A stretch of DNA of 64,000 nucleotides from Thermoflexus hugenholtzii JAD2 (GCA_945865725.1 CAMBEO010000003.1:5111-69110), one strand, 5' to 3'. Numbered from the stretch's first letter, positions 1 to 9,964 are shown. The notes: generated by a model not told the origin, from the letters alone. A program made the numbers and translations.

Positions 1-830
1 ACGAGGACACGCTCACGATCGCGATGCCCAGCACCCGCGTGGACGCCTTCAACGTGCATCTCGCTGGCCTGGTCGAGCGGGGACGCCGGTCCGGCATCAC
101 CTTCGCCCCCGAAGCCGGCACCGAGCGCATGCGCGACGTCATCCACAAGGGCGTCTCGGAGTCGGACACCCTCCATGCCGCCGACCTTGCCTTCAGCCGG
201 GGGTGGCAGACCCTGAAGCTCTACTTCATGATCGGCCTGCCGACGGAGACGGACGAGGACGTGGCGGGCATCAGCCACCTCGCGCAGGCGGTGCTAGACG
301 TCGGGCGCAGGCATCACGGCCGCCGCGCGCGGGTCACGGTCGGCGTGTCCACGATGGTCCCGAAGGCCCACACCCCCTTCCAGTGGGCCGCGCAGGCACG
401 CCGGGACGAGATCACGCACAAGGTGTCCATCCTTCATCGCACCATGCGTGACCGCGGCGTGCGCATGAGCTGGCACGACCCGGAGAGCACGATCGTGGAG
501 GGCATCCTCTCCCGCGGCGACCGGCGTGTCGGCACCGCGATCCTTGGCGCCTGGCGCCGGGGCGCGCGCTTCGACGCGTGGAACCGGCACCTGCGGTTTG
601 ACGCCTGGCAGGCCGGGATGGCCGACGCCGGCCTCGACATCGAGTCGTACGGGACGGCGGCCCGGGACGTGCGCGCCGCCCTGCCGTGGGACCATGTCGA
701 CGTCGGGGTCGCGAAGTGGCACCTGGCGGCGCAGTGGAACCGCGCGCGGGGCCTCGAGCCCGAGCCCCGGCAGCGCGAACGCTTCGTCCTCCTCCACGGC
801 GAGGAAGCGCCGACCGACCCATCACCGTAA
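1..830 (+). CDS. Radical SAM protein (TIGR03960-like family), C-terminal part; 5' end lies outside the window
   Basis: ORF is open back to position 1 in the same frame as 24..830. Translation (VDAFNVHLAG...IGLPTETDEDV...) resembles the C-terminal region of uncharacterised radical-SAM enzymes. Confidence 0.75.
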   Translation, partial: EDTLTIAMPSTRVDAFNVHLAGLVERGRRSGITFAPEAGTERMRDVIHKGVSESDTLHAADLAFSRGWQTLKLYFMIGLPTETDEDVAGISHLAQAVLDVGRRHHGRRARVTVGVSTMVPKAHTPFQWAAQARRDEITHKVSILHRTMRDRGVRMSWHDPESTIVEGILSRGDRRVGTAILGAWRRGARFDAWNRHLRFDAWQAGMADAGLDIESYGTAARDVRAALPWDHVDVGVAKWHLAAQWNRARGLEPEPRQRERFVLLHGEEAPTDPSP

Positions 831-851
831 GGCCGGGGCAAGAGTATTCCG

Positions 852-1331
852 ATGGCGAAACGATACGAGGACGAGATCCGCGAGCTTCTTGACCGGATGG
901 AAGGCTTTCCCGGTGAAGGGCGTCGCAGAACTCGACCCGCCCGGCGGTATCCACTGGCCACCTGGCTCGCCTCGTTGCGCGATGACCCTCGCCGCTTGAT
1001 GGGAGGGGCCCTCCTCCTCACCTTGTGCGCATGGGTGCTAGGGGCCCCGTGGTCACGGTCCTTCCCCATCCTCGTCGCGATCTCCGGATGGACGCAACTC
1101 ATCGGTCTCGCGCTCTTTGTCGTCGCGTTCTGGATGCTGTACCGCCGGGGTGCCTTTGCCTCCTCCCCCGGCATAGGCTCGACCGGGTCAGCGACGCGCT
1201 GGCGCGGCCAAGTGATCGAGATGCCCCGCAGGGGAGGCCTTCTTGCCACGACGATGTCCTTGGTTAGGCATTGGTGGCGCCTCGCCACGAACCGAGGCGG
1301 CGGACCACGGATCCCCCCACGTCGTCGGTGA
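852..1331 (+). CDS. Hypothetical membrane protein
   Basis: 159-aa ORF starting 22 nt after the upstream stop, with two hydrophobic segments. No recognisable motif. Confidence 0.35.
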   Translation: MAKRYEDEIRELLDRMEGFPGEGRRRTRPARRYPLATWLASLRDDPRRLMGGALLLTLCAWVLGAPWSRSFPILVAISGWTQLIGLALFVVAFWMLYRRGAFASSPGIGSTGSATRWRGQVIEMPRRGGLLATTMSLVRHWWRLATNRGGGPRIPPRRR

Positions 1332-1371
1332 CAAGGGTCAGCACGACCGTTTGCTACACTCTTCGCGCCCC

Positions 1372-1443
1372 GGCCCTCTAGCTCAATGGCAGAGCAGTTG
1401 ACTCTTAATCAATTGGTTCAGGGTTCAAGTCCCTGGGGGGCCA
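1372..1443 (+). tRNA. tRNA-Lys (anticodon CTT)
   Basis: Cloverleaf folded by hand: acceptor GGCCCTC/GGGGGCC, D arm GCTC/GAGC, anticodon stem GTTGA/TCAAT with loop CTCTTAA (U33, CTT, A37), T arm CAGGG-TTCAAGT-CCCTG, discriminator A. CCA is not encoded. Confidence 0.85.
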
Positions 1444-1462
1444 CCCAAGTTCCTTGATTAGA

Positions 1463-1499
1463 CCGCCTCGGAAACGTCGAGTTTCCGGGGCGGTTTTTC
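1463..1499 (+). terminator. Rho-independent terminator after tRNA-Lys
   Basis: GC-rich hairpin CCGCCTCGGAAAC-GTCGA-GTTTCCGGGGCGG followed by TTTTT. Confidence 0.6.
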
Positions 1500-1681
1500 G
1501 TTCACGTGCCTTCCCGGTCGGCAACGCACCCAGACTGGGATCAAGGACTGCCCGCACCGCAGGGGTTCCGCCTCCCCATGTTCGTTCCATCCCGCGAACG
1601 ACCGCGCGAAGTTCGCCCACGGGCCGTTAGGACAGGTGACGGGGGCGACGACCTCGCGCGCCCCGCCCCGGGAGGCATCAC

Positions 1682-2287
1682 GTGAACTGCCCCACGTGCG
1701 GGCTGCCGCTTCCCAACGTCTACAAGCCCTGTCCCCAATGCGCGGCCCGCTCAGGCATCGCGCCCGCTTCGCCCGCAACCGCTCGCCCCATGATCGCGAA
1801 AAAGGTCCTCGCGCCGGTCATGGCGACGTTGGTCGTGGTCACCCTCGGGACCATCGTCCTGGCCAGTTACGCGGGAGGGGCCTCGTCAGCCGGCGGCGCG
1901 CGATCACAATGGACCCCCACGCCCTCGACCGCGGAAGGGATCACGGCGGATGCCTTACAGGCCTACGCCCGCGCCAACTTCGGCTCGGCAGGCGCGAAGG
2001 GCGGCGTGGCTCTTTGGTGGCCGACGGTCACGGGGATGGACGTCCGCGCCGGATATGCGATCGCGCATACCACCCTTCACGACACCGCCAAGGACATCCG
2101 AATGGCAATCGACGTTTGCGTCGCCCTCGTCTACTTTGCAAACGACAAGGGCCGCAAGGGCATGAAGTTGACGCACGTGAAGGTCACTGGCGTCGACGGC
2201 CTCGTCCTTATCGACACGACCGCGGACGCGAGCGAAACCGACCCGTGCCAGTCATTCCGGGCGCGACCGACCCGCGCCCGCGATTGA
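1682..2287 (+). CDS. Zinc-ribbon (CxxC...CxxC) membrane-anchored hypothetical protein
   Basis: GTG start preceded by GGGAGG 7 nt upstream. N-terminus has CPTCG...CPQC, then a TM helix and a Gly/Ala-rich domain. Confidence 0.5.
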   Translation: MNCPTCGLPLPNVYKPCPQCAARSGIAPASPATARPMIAKKVLAPVMATLVVVTLGTIVLASYAGGASSAGGARSQWTPTPSTAEGITADALQAYARANFGSAGAKGGVALWWPTVTGMDVRAGYAIAHTTLHDTAKDIRMAIDVCVALVYFANDKGRKGMKLTHVKVTGVDGLVLIDTTADASETDPCQSFRARPTRARD

Positions 2288-2411
2288 CGCCCCTTGCCCC
2301 GTGACCGTCGTACGACGAGACCGGCCCGGGACGCAGGCACCCTGCCGACACCACCGGCAGCGCTCGGGGGCTTCCGTGGCGGAGCCCCCCAGCGTGGTAG
2401 CCGCTGCGCGC

Positions 2412-3353
2412 CTACTCGACCAGCCCGGTCCGGTCGATCGACTCCACGAAGAAGCGCTGCGTGAAGAGGTAGATTGACAGCGGCGGCACGATCACCAGGA
2501 AGACCGCTGCCATGACCAGGGCCTCGTTGAACAACTCGCTTGCCTGACCGCCGGTCGCCGTATCCAACGAGGGCGACAGGACCGACAGTCGCATCGGCAA
2601 CGTGAAGTATTCCATCCGGTTCAAGTAGATGAACGGCTCGAAGAAGTCGTTCCAGTGCCAGACCACGCTGAACAGGAAGACCACCACGACGGCCGGCATC
2701 GCGAGCGGCACCATGATCCGCCACCACGTGCCGAAGGCGCTCGCACCGTCGATGCGCGCCGCCTCCTCGAGCTCCCACGGCAGGGTCTTGAAGAACTGCC
2801 GGAAGACCACGACGAACAGCGCCCCCTTGAGGCCGTGTCCGAAGAAGCTTGGCACCACGAACGGGTTGTACGTGTTGATCCACCCGAGGTTCTTGTACAG
2901 GATGAACAGCGGCACGATGATCGTCTGGGGCGGCACGAGGAACGTGAACAGCACCAGGGCGAACAAGGCGTCACGCCCCGGGAACCGGATGCGCGCGAAC
3001 CCGTAGCCGACAAATGCGCAACTGACCGTCTGCCCGACGGCTGACCCCAGCGAAATATACAGGCTGTTCGAGAGCGACTTGACGTACGCCATCGAGAAGA
3101 ACGCCAACGGGTAGTTGATCCAGAAGAACCCGGACGGGATCCACACGATGGTCGGGTCGCTGAGGTCCTGCGACGTCTTCAGCGACGTGGCCATGATGTA
3201 GAAGATCGGCACGAGAAACACGAACGCGATATCAATCAGTACGAGGTACGTGAACGCCCGCTGCAGGAACGTGATCGACCGGCGGCGAACGATCTGGGGA
3301 TCGCGGTACCACTTCGGGCGCGCGATGAGAAACGGCGTGATCGTGGACGTCAC
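2412..3353 (-). CDS. Carbohydrate ABC transporter permease (MalG-like, CUT1)
   Basis: EAA-loop motif LEEAARIDGASAFGTWWRIMVPLAMP. GTG start at 3353, 1 nt after the upstream permease stop. The 5' part of the longer ORF would overlap the upstream gene. Confidence 0.75.
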   Translation of the reverse strand: MTSTITPFLIARPKWYRDPQIVRRRSITFLQRAFTYLVLIDIAFVFLVPIFYIMATSLKTSQDLSDPTIVWIPSGFFWINYPLAFFSMAYVKSLSNSLYISLGSAVGQTVSCAFVGYGFARIRFPGRDALFALVLFTFLVPPQTIIVPLFILYKNLGWINTYNPFVVPSFFGHGLKGALFVVVFRQFFKTLPWELEEAARIDGASAFGTWWRIMVPLAMPAVVVVFLFSVVWHWNDFFEPFIYLNRMEYFTLPMRLSVLSPSLDTATGGQASELFNEALVMAAVFLVIVPPLSIYLFTQRFFVESIDRTGLVE

Positions 3354-3354
3354 A

Positions 3355-4281
3355 CTAGCCACTGCGGTCCCCCGCGTAAAACACGTACCGGTTCGTGATC
3401 CGCACGACCACGAACAGGATGGCGAAGACGACGATGAAGTAGATCCAGCCAAGCGCCGCGGCGTACCCAAGGCGGAACCCGCCCGCGAACGCCGTCATCT
3501 GGATGTACTCGAGCACGCTATTGAACGTGTCCGTGAAGCTGTCCACGATCGTGTAGACGAGGTTGACCAGGATCACGGGCGACAGCAGGGGCAGCGTCAC
3601 CTTCCAGAACCGGTCCCAGTCTGTCGCGCCGTCGACGCGTGCCGCCTCGTAGAGGACCGGCGACACGCTGTTCAGGCCCGCAAGGAAGATGAGCATCTGC
3701 ACGCCGGTCTTCCAGAGGACGAACAGCAGGCGGTTCAGGAGGTCCGACACCCCCGCCGCGGCATCCGGGCCGATGTACTCGAAGACCAGCTCCTGGATGT
3801 TCACGCCTTGCGAGAGCGTGGCCCCGCCCACTCCCTGCGCGAACAGCTGCTTGATCACTTGCGCGGACCCGATCACCAGCGGCAGGAAGAACACCGCCCG
3901 GAACCCGATCACCCCCTTGATCTTCTGGTTCGCGAGGATTGCCGAGAACAAGCTGAAGATCATGATCACCGGCACGTCGAGCAGGTTGTTCCGCAACGTC
4001 TCCCAGAGGCGCGGCAGGAAGCGCGCGTCGATGACGAACGCCTCCTTGTAATTGTCGATGCCCTTCCACTTCAGGTCGGTCAGGCTTGTCGCCTGCAATT
4101 CATTGAAGCTCAAGAACAAGCTTTGGAACAACGGCCATGCCAGGAACACGAGGAAGCCGATCACCCACGGACTCACGAAGAAGTAGCCTTCAAGCGTGCG
4201 TTGGGTCGTCAAGGACATGCGGCGCCGCCGTGGACCCGCCCCCGCCAGCGCCTCGCTCGTTCGAGCGACCGCGATCCTCAT
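3355..4281 (-). CDS. Carbohydrate ABC transporter permease (MalF/UgpA-like)
   Basis: Six TM segments and EAA motif LYEAARVDGATDWDRFWKVTLP. ATG at 4281 with GGAAGG upstream; ATGA overlap with the upstream GH-like gene. Confidence 0.8.
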   Translation of the reverse strand: MRIAVARTSEALAGAGPRRRRMSLTTQRTLEGYFFVSPWVIGFLVFLAWPLFQSLFLSFNELQATSLTDLKWKGIDNYKEAFVIDARFLPRLWETLRNNLLDVPVIMIFSLFSAILANQKIKGVIGFRAVFFLPLVIGSAQVIKQLFAQGVGGATLSQGVNIQELVFEYIGPDAAAGVSDLLNRLLFVLWKTGVQMLIFLAGLNSVSPVLYEAARVDGATDWDRFWKVTLPLLSPVILVNLVYTIVDSFTDTFNSVLEYIQMTAFAGGFRLGYAAALGWIYFIVVFAILFVVVRITNRYVFYAGDRSG

Positions 4282-6596
4282 CGCCCGCCTGCCTTCCGTT
4301 CAAGGGCATACCCGTACCCGCGCACTTCCGCCCCGTCGGGCGTCCGCCTCGGCTCCGGGTTGTAGTTGACGTACAGGCGCGTGCCGTCCGCGTACGTCAC
4401 GCGGTTGAACTCGCGCGCCAGGATCTCGTGGTTCGTGATCGCCTGTCCCGCGAGAAACCCGAAGGTCTCCCGCATGAAGCGGTACTCGTTCGCCGCCGGT
4501 TCCAACCAGTCGTCGACCTGGCTCGAGTACAGGATGTTGTAGTCCGTTCGGATCAGGTCCGAAGACGGTGCCCAGGTGAGCTGGTACACCGGTTGCAACC
4601 CCCACTCGTACTGGCGGAGCAGCTCCGTCTTCGGGTCGTTCCGGAGGTTCGCCCGCACCGTGTGGCGCACCACCAGGCCCTGCGTCGCGATGTGGTACAC
4701 GGGCACGGCCACGTCGCCGAACGCGTCCAGCGACGCCACCGGCGCGTCGTACACCCGGTCGGTCCGACCGAGGACGTACGCGTTCGGACCCGACACGATC
4801 GCCCCGCCCAGGACCTCGCGCTCCCGGTCCGCCATCTTCATCCAGGTCTCGGCAACCTCCTGGCGCGAGAGCGGGTACCGGTCGTTGGTGTCCGACATGA
4901 CCATCGAGCCCATCTGGCGAAGGTTCACGCCATCGATGCCCATCGCCCGGTGCGTCGGCAAGTCGCGTTCGAGGTAATTGTTGCGGGCGATCACCGGGTT
5001 CAGGAGGTAGATGCCGCCCGACCCCTCGAAGACCGGCAGCTTGTTCACGCCCCGGACGGTGTCCCAGCGCGAGTTGAAGCCGTAGCTCCAGTTCGGCCAG
5101 ATGTTCCGCAGGCCGGGGATCTGCCCGATGATCCCGCCCGACGAGAACGTGTACCCGAACATGTAGTCGTCTTCCAGGATGACCCGCACGCCCAGCTCGT
5201 GCGCCGCCTTGATGAAGGCACGGAGGCCGTCATCCCCGCCCAGGCCGCTCTCGGCCGGGTACCTGCGCGGCCACCGGCCCCGGAAGCCGTCGTCCGCCCA
5301 GCCGATCAGGTGGACGTCGAAGTCCTTCACCCCGCGGTCGATGAACTGCCGGAGGATCGTGACCCCCTGCTCGAACGTCGTCGTCGGCACGAAGTCCTCG
5401 CGGAACGACGTGAGGCGCGTGATGCCCATGAACAGGTCGAGCATCGGGCGCGGCGGGTCGGCCGACACGGGCTTGAGGCCCTTGGCGGTCATGAGGTAGT
5501 CGCGGTAGGCGCGTGCCATCCCCGCGTAGCTGGAGTCATCGCCGGTCAGCAGGACGTACCGGACTTGCCGGTCGCCAGGCAGGCGTTCCTCCTCGATCTT
5601 GTTGACGAACACGCTGCGCCGGCGCGGGATGCTCGCCTGGCGACGGTAGAGGAACTCGGCCGACCCGCGGTTCGCGTTCATGATGTAACCGGCCAGGTAC
5701 GCGTTCACGTTGGCCTGGAACTCGCCTTGGGTCACGATCCCGGCGTAGGCCCCATCCGCGTGCTTCAACCCCCACAGGGGCATCGTGGGGCGCGTGACGA
5801 CCATCCCCGGCCGCCTGGAACCGCCACCGCCCGCGCCGAAGAGGTTGGACGCCACGTCCGGGCCGAAGATCTGGGCGGAGTACCGTTGCCGGTACTGCGG
5901 GTAATCGGGCTTGAACTCGACGATCGCCCCGGCGCCGTCCGGGACCATGACGTAGCCCTTCTCGCCGATGCGTGCCGCGCCGAAGAGGGGAAGCACCTCG
6001 AGTGTCACGACCTTGAAGCAGGTGCCGCTCGTCACCAGCGAGCAGTCGCCGTACTCCTCGATCCCCTTGTCGGGGATGGTGACCTCGAGGAACGGGATGG
6101 GCCGCCCGTCCGGCGCGCGGTCCTCCTTGATCGCGTAATCGACGGCGAGCCGGGTCTTGAACTTGCCGACGTCGTAGGTCGCCCGGAAGCCTCCCGGGCG
6201 TGGCACCACCGTGATCACGGGCTTCTCGGAGTTCCAGGTGAGCAGGTTCGTCATCTGGCGCTTGGCGTTGGTCACGCTCAGCAGGAAGAGCGCGTCCTCC
6301 TGCGAGGCCTTCTGCGCCGCGAGGGGCTCCAGCGGGTTGCTTGCCCACTGCTTCCCGGACCGCCGGTCCTCCACGACGAACCGCGAGTCGGTCACGTTCA
6401 CGTGCAGCCGCAGCGTCGCGGTCTCGGCAACCTGCTCGAAGCCGGCGGGGATCGGGGCGGGCGCGACCGACGATGCCACCTCGGCCCGTGCGGGGAGCGC
6501 AGGCAGCGCCCCGGTCGCGAGGACGGTCACCACCGCCAGCGCGCGCCACGCCACGCGGATCGCGGCCGTTCGTGCCACCCCTGAAAACGTCGTCAT
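4278..6596 (-). CDS. Secreted putative glycoside hydrolase-like protein (TIM-barrel-type; family not resolved)
   Basis: Internal ATG at 6596 with AGAGGA 7 nt upstream gives a clean signal peptide (MTTFSGVARTAAIRVAWRALAVVTVLATGALPALPARA). Upstream 248 codons of the long ORF are Arg/Gly/Pro-rich junk. Co-operonic with sugar permeases. Confidence 0.55.
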   Translation of the reverse strand: MTTFSGVARTAAIRVAWRALAVVTVLATGALPALPARAEVASSVAPAPIPAGFEQVAETATLRLHVNVTDSRFVVEDRRSGKQWASNPLEPLAAQKASQEDALFLLSVTNAKRQMTNLLTWNSEKPVITVVPRPGGFRATYDVGKFKTRLAVDYAIKEDRAPDGRPIPFLEVTIPDKGIEEYGDCSLVTSGTCFKVVTLEVLPLFGAARIGEKGYVMVPDGAGAIVEFKPDYPQYRQRYSAQIFGPDVASNLFGAGGGGSRRPGMVVTRPTMPLWGLKHADGAYAGIVTQGEFQANVNAYLAGYIMNANRGSAEFLYRRQASIPRRRSVFVNKIEEERLPGDRQVRYVLLTGDDSSYAGMARAYRDYLMTAKGLKPVSADPPRPMLDLFMGITRLTSFREDFVPTTTFEQGVTILRQFIDRGVKDFDVHLIGWADDGFRGRWPRRYPAESGLGGDDGLRAFIKAAHELGVRVILEDDYMFGYTFSSGGIIGQIPGLRNIWPNWSYGFNSRWDTVRGVNKLPVFEGSGGIYLLNPVIARNNYLERDLPTHRAMGIDGVNLRQMGSMVMSDTNDRYPLSRQEVAETWMKMADREREVLGGAIVSGPNAYVLGRTDRVYDAPVASLDAFGDVAVPVYHIATQGLVVRHTVRANLRNDPKTELLRQYEWGLQPVYQLTWAPSSDLIRTDYNILYSSQVDDWLEPAANEYRFMRETFGFLAGQAITNHEILAREFNRVTYADGTRLYVNYNPEPRRTPDGAEVRGYGYALERKAGGR

Positions 6597-6643
6597 GGTC
6601 GGGTCCTCTGCCTGGGTACGGGGGAGCGGGACTTGGCTACCTG

Positions 6644-7336
6644 CTAGCGCGTGGTGATCTCGTAGAAGACCTGGTAGAAGAACTCCCAGGTGTTGCTCGA
6701 CAGCGCGAAGACCAGCGAGGCCAGCGCCCAGATGACGATCACCGTCGCCGCGCTGATCGCGTAGGTCGCCATGGTCCGAGCCGCCGAGAAGTCGTGGATG
6801 ACCCGCACGTGCGTGTAGAAGAGGTACGCGACCCAGAACCGGACCCCCGATCCCAGGACCATGAACAGCCCCCGCTCCGGCAAGGTCATCACGTTGGTCA
6901 TGACCAGCACGAGCAGCGGTGCGAGGATGATGTACGGCCCGAAGCTGAAGGCAGCGGTAACGCAAATGTCGCGGAACGACCCCTCGCCGAACAGGATCAT
7001 CGAGACCGCGTAGTGCGCCAAGCACCACGTCACGAACGGGATGACGATGCGCACCCCCTCCTGGAGGATGGAGGTGTCCTCGGGGTTCCCGCCGTACAGG
7101 AACTGGGCCATGCCGAAGGTGAGGGTCCGCGTCACGAGGTCCATCGCCCGCTCGACGGACCACGTCGCCTGGTCGATCGCGAAGAAGGTGAAGTGGAACC
7201 CCATGGTCGCCATCACCAGGCCGCGCGCCGCGATAAGTAACGAGACCACGAACGCGACCGACCACCAGTCCCCGGAGCGCTTCAGCTCCCAGAACCCGTC
7301 CTCGGGATGCAGCGCGACGAACACCATCTGGCGCAT
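6644..7336 (-). CDS. Yip1-domain family integral membrane protein
   Basis: Five hydrophobic helices with a Yip1-like arrangement. ATG at 7336 chosen; an earlier GTG near 7531 would place a repeat element in frame, which is not excluded. Confidence 0.5.
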   Translation of the reverse strand: MRQMVFVALHPEDGFWELKRSGDWWSVAFVVSLLIAARGLVMATMGFHFTFFAIDQATWSVERAMDLVTRTLTFGMAQFLYGGNPEDTSILQEGVRIVIPFVTWCLAHYAVSMILFGEGSFRDICVTAAFSFGPYIILAPLLVLVMTNVMTLPERGLFMVLGSGVRFWVAYLFYTHVRVIHDFSAARTMATYAISAATVIVIWALASLVFALSSNTWEFFYQVFYEITTR

Positions 7337-7449
7337 CCACTTCGTGGAATACCAGCGCGCATCATCGACCGCCCGGCGCCACCCCGTCAGCTCCGTCCGC
7401 CGGTCGGAGGCCCGGTGCACCGGGAACCGCGCCGGATAGTAGGGGACGG

Positions 7450-7500
7450 TGGTGCTTCCCTCTCCCGCCGCAGCGGGGGAGGGACTGAGGGTGGGGGCGC
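7450..7500 (+). repeat. Mosaic GC-rich repeat, module A (CTTCCCTCTCCCGCCGCAGCGGGGGAGGGACTGAGGGTGGGGG)
   Basis: Exact copy of the 42-nt hairpin module that recurs across the window. Confidence 0.9.
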
Positions 7501-7527
7501 TTCCCGTCTCGGCGAAAGTCTCGATCG

Positions 7528-9039
7528 TCACTGGATGCCCCCGCGGTCGTCGAAGCGCATCGACATGAGCGCGGCCCCGATCCGCCGCCCGCCCCACGTG
7601 ACGAGCACGATCAGGCCGATGGCGGCGGGCAGCACCCAGCCAAACTCCTCGCGGATGAAGTCGTGCCTCAACTCGCCGAACGCGAGCGACCAGCCATCAC
7701 GATTGCGGGCGACCTCGTACTCCTGCATCGCCGCCACGTACTCCCCGCGCTTGAAGAAGGCCTTCGCGAGGCCCACGTGCGCCAGCTCGAAGTTGCTGTC
7801 CCGGCGCAAGACCTCGCGCCAGATCGCCTCCGCCTCCTGGTACTTGCCGTCGAAGTGCAGGCGGCTACCTCGGTGCAGCAGCTCCGCGAACTCGGTCGGG
7901 CGGAACGCCTGCACGTTGTTGCGGTTCGCATCCAGGACGTAGATCCGGCCGTTCGGACCGACCGCCAGGCTCTGGGGCAGCTCGAACTTCCCGCGCTGCG
8001 CCCCCCGCCCGCCGAAGATCGCCAGCAAGTTCGCGGACTGGTCGTACTGGTAGACGCGCCCGCTGTTGAAGTCGAGCGCCGACACCATCCCCTGCGAGTC
8101 GGTCGTGACGTCCACGAATTGCGGCTTGACCTGCTGCCCGGCGCGCCACTCGACCTCGCCGTACTTCCGGTTCCCCGTGGTGTACACGTCGTTGCCGATC
8201 GAGTTCAGCTTCTTGATCTGGTCGACGGCACCCAGCGGCGACACGGTGTAGATGAACCCCCGCTCGTCCACGAACATGTTGGCGTGATGCGTCGGCAAGG
8301 TCTTCGAGATCTGCTTCTTCTGCACCTCCGTCGTGAAGATGCGGATCAACAGGCGGCCAAGGTCGAACGTCAGGCGGTTCGCCCCGAAGAAGCCACGGAA
8401 GGTGCCCTCGCCGTCCAAGAGGAAGATCCCCCGGAAGTCACCGCCCCCGTTCAGCACGTAGAGGTATCCCCGACGATCGATCACCACCTTGTTCGGCTGG
8501 TAGACCTGGTCGTCGACGAGGAGCCGGGAGGACGGCTTCCCGAACTGCTTGACAAATTCGCCCGACGGGGTGAACAGGACGACCCGGCCATTGCCCCGGT
8601 CGGCGATCCACACGTCCCCCTGATGGGTGACGAAGACCCCCTCGGGCGCGTTCAGCTTCGCCGGTCCGTCAGGGGTGCCGAACTGCATGACGAACGTGCC
8701 GTCCGCATTGAACTTCAGTACGCGGTTGTTCCCGGTGTCCGCGATCCAGACGAACCCGAGCGAGTCGATGAAGATGTCGGCCGGGTTCTTGAACGTCCCC
8801 GACTTCTGGTACATCCCGTCTATTTCGAAGTCGTAGATGTATGGCAGCGGCGACGCGAGCGAACGGCTGTCCTTGTCGAGCGTCCACGAGTACTCGCGAT
8901 CCGCCGACGCGACGGGTGCGAGGCCCGGGGCCAGGGCAAGGCAGATCGCTGCGAGCGCACCGCCGACCGCCGCGCCCCAAGCACGAAGCCTCGGTGCGTG
9001 GCGAGGGGGCGCCAGAGGGCGTTGTCGCTGCCCGGTCAC
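7528..9039 (-). CDS. NHL-repeat beta-propeller protein with C-terminal TPR-like segment and TM anchor
   Basis: Repeated NHL-like blades (...GFVWIADTGNNRVLKF..., ...GDVWIADRGNGRVVLF..., ...GRIYVLDANRNNVQAF...). GTG start at 9039 forms a GTGA overlap with the upstream permease stop; a signal-peptide-like segment follows. Confidence 0.7.
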   Translation of the reverse strand: MTGQRQRPLAPPRHAPRLRAWGAAVGGALAAICLALAPGLAPVASADREYSWTLDKDSRSLASPLPYIYDFEIDGMYQKSGTFKNPADIFIDSLGFVWIADTGNNRVLKFNADGTFVMQFGTPDGPAKLNAPEGVFVTHQGDVWIADRGNGRVVLFTPSGEFVKQFGKPSSRLLVDDQVYQPNKVVIDRRGYLYVLNGGGDFRGIFLLDGEGTFRGFFGANRLTFDLGRLLIRIFTTEVQKKQISKTLPTHHANMFVDERGFIYTVSPLGAVDQIKKLNSIGNDVYTTGNRKYGEVEWRAGQQVKPQFVDVTTDSQGMVSALDFNSGRVYQYDQSANLLAIFGGRGAQRGKFELPQSLAVGPNGRIYVLDANRNNVQAFRPTEFAELLHRGSRLHFDGKYQEAEAIWREVLRRDSNFELAHVGLAKAFFKRGEYVAAMQEYEVARNRDGWSLAFGELRHDFIREEFGWVLPAAIGLIVLVTWGGRRIGAALMSMRFDDRGGIQ

Positions 9040-9944
9040 GCCTTGATTCCCGAATGTGCCATCGTCTGGATCACCTTCGCCTGCCGGAGGAGGAACACCG
9101 TGATGGTCGGCGCCGTCATGAGGAAGGCCGCCGCCGCTTGAGCGCCCTGCCGGGCGATCGTCGCCGGGCCGTTCGTCAGGCCGATCATCGCCACGCTCAC
9201 CGTCTTCATCGCCTCGCTCCGCGTGAACACGAGCGGGCTGAAGCTGTCGTTCCACAACTGGATGAACCCAAAGATGAGCAACGTGTTCCATGCCGGCGCC
9301 ACGTTCGGCATGACGATCCGCCAGAAGATCGTCCACTCCTGCGCGCCATCGACGCGCGCCGCCTCGATCAACTCGTTCGGCACCGCGTTGTCCATGAACT
9401 GCTTCATCATGAAGAGGCCGTACGACCAAGCGAGCGACGGCAGGATCAGCGCACCGTAGGTGTCGATCAATCCGAGCTTCTGGACGACCAGGTACTGCGG
9501 GATCCGGGTGACCTGCGGCGCAAACATCAGGGCCGCGACGATCGCGCCGAAGATCAGGTTGCGCCCCGGCAGCACCCGCGCCTTCGATAGCGGGTAGGCG
9601 CACATCGAGCACATCACCACTTGCAGCATGACCGTGCAGAGCACGACGAACACGCTGTTGAAGAGGTAGCGCGTGAACGGCACCGACAGCGCGTTCGTCG
9701 CGAAGAGCAAGTCCTGGAAGTTGTCGAGGGTCGGGCGCCGCACAAGGAACGGCGGCGGGAAGAGCAGCAGCTCCTCGAGCGGCTTGAATGCCGTCGAGAT
9801 CACGTACACGATCGGCAGCATCGAGAAGACGGCCATCGGCAGCAGGAAGAGGTACGACGGCGCCGGCGACGCACGGCGGATCGACCGCCAGAGGCGCGGC
9901 AGCGTGTCGTCGTATGCCACCCGTTGCTGGGCAATCGTGGCCAT
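9036..9944 (-). CDS. Carbohydrate ABC transporter permease (MalG-like)
   Basis: EAA motif IEAARVDGAQEWTIFWRIVMPNVAP; six TM segments. Confidence 0.85.
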   Translation of the reverse strand: MATIAQQRVAYDDTLPRLWRSIRRASPAPSYLFLLPMAVFSMLPIVYVISTAFKPLEELLLFPPPFLVRRPTLDNFQDLLFATNALSVPFTRYLFNSVFVVLCTVMLQVVMCSMCAYPLSKARVLPGRNLIFGAIVAALMFAPQVTRIPQYLVVQKLGLIDTYGALILPSLAWSYGLFMMKQFMDNAVPNELIEAARVDGAQEWTIFWRIVMPNVAPAWNTLLIFGFIQLWNDSFSPLVFTRSEAMKTVSVAMIGLTNGPATIARQGAQAAAAFLMTAPTITVFLLRQAKVIQTMAHSGIKA

Positions 9945-9964
9945 CGGTCATCCCTTCCTGCAAG

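Noticed and set aside
1405-1778. Minus-strand ORFs downstream of tRNA-Lys (1405..1620, 1458..1778)
   Set aside because: They overlap the tRNA terminator and the plus-strand zinc-ribbon gene leader. No start context and junk composition.
4137-6584. Very long ORFs on the strand opposite to clear genes (for example 4137..6584 +, 7663..9141 +, 12726..14432 +, 23802..25031 -, 11028..12674 +, 5536..6549 -)
   Set aside because: Arg/Gly/Pro/Asp-rich low-complexity translations, typical of antisense frames in about 70% GC DNA. They overlap genes with strong domain evidence.
7441-7500. ORF segments encoding ...PSPAAAGEGSTT..., ...RWCFPLPPQRGRD and similar peptides, which recur in many ORF-track entries
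   Set aside because: They are translations of the mosaic repeat modules in various frames, not conserved protein domains. I used them to trim false N- or C-terminal extensions.
6644-7597. Full-length 317-aa version of the Yip1 ORF starting at 7597
   Set aside because: It would overlap the NHL gene 3' end by 70 nt and includes a repeat module. A shorter start at 7336 is preferred, though a GTG near 7531 remains possible.
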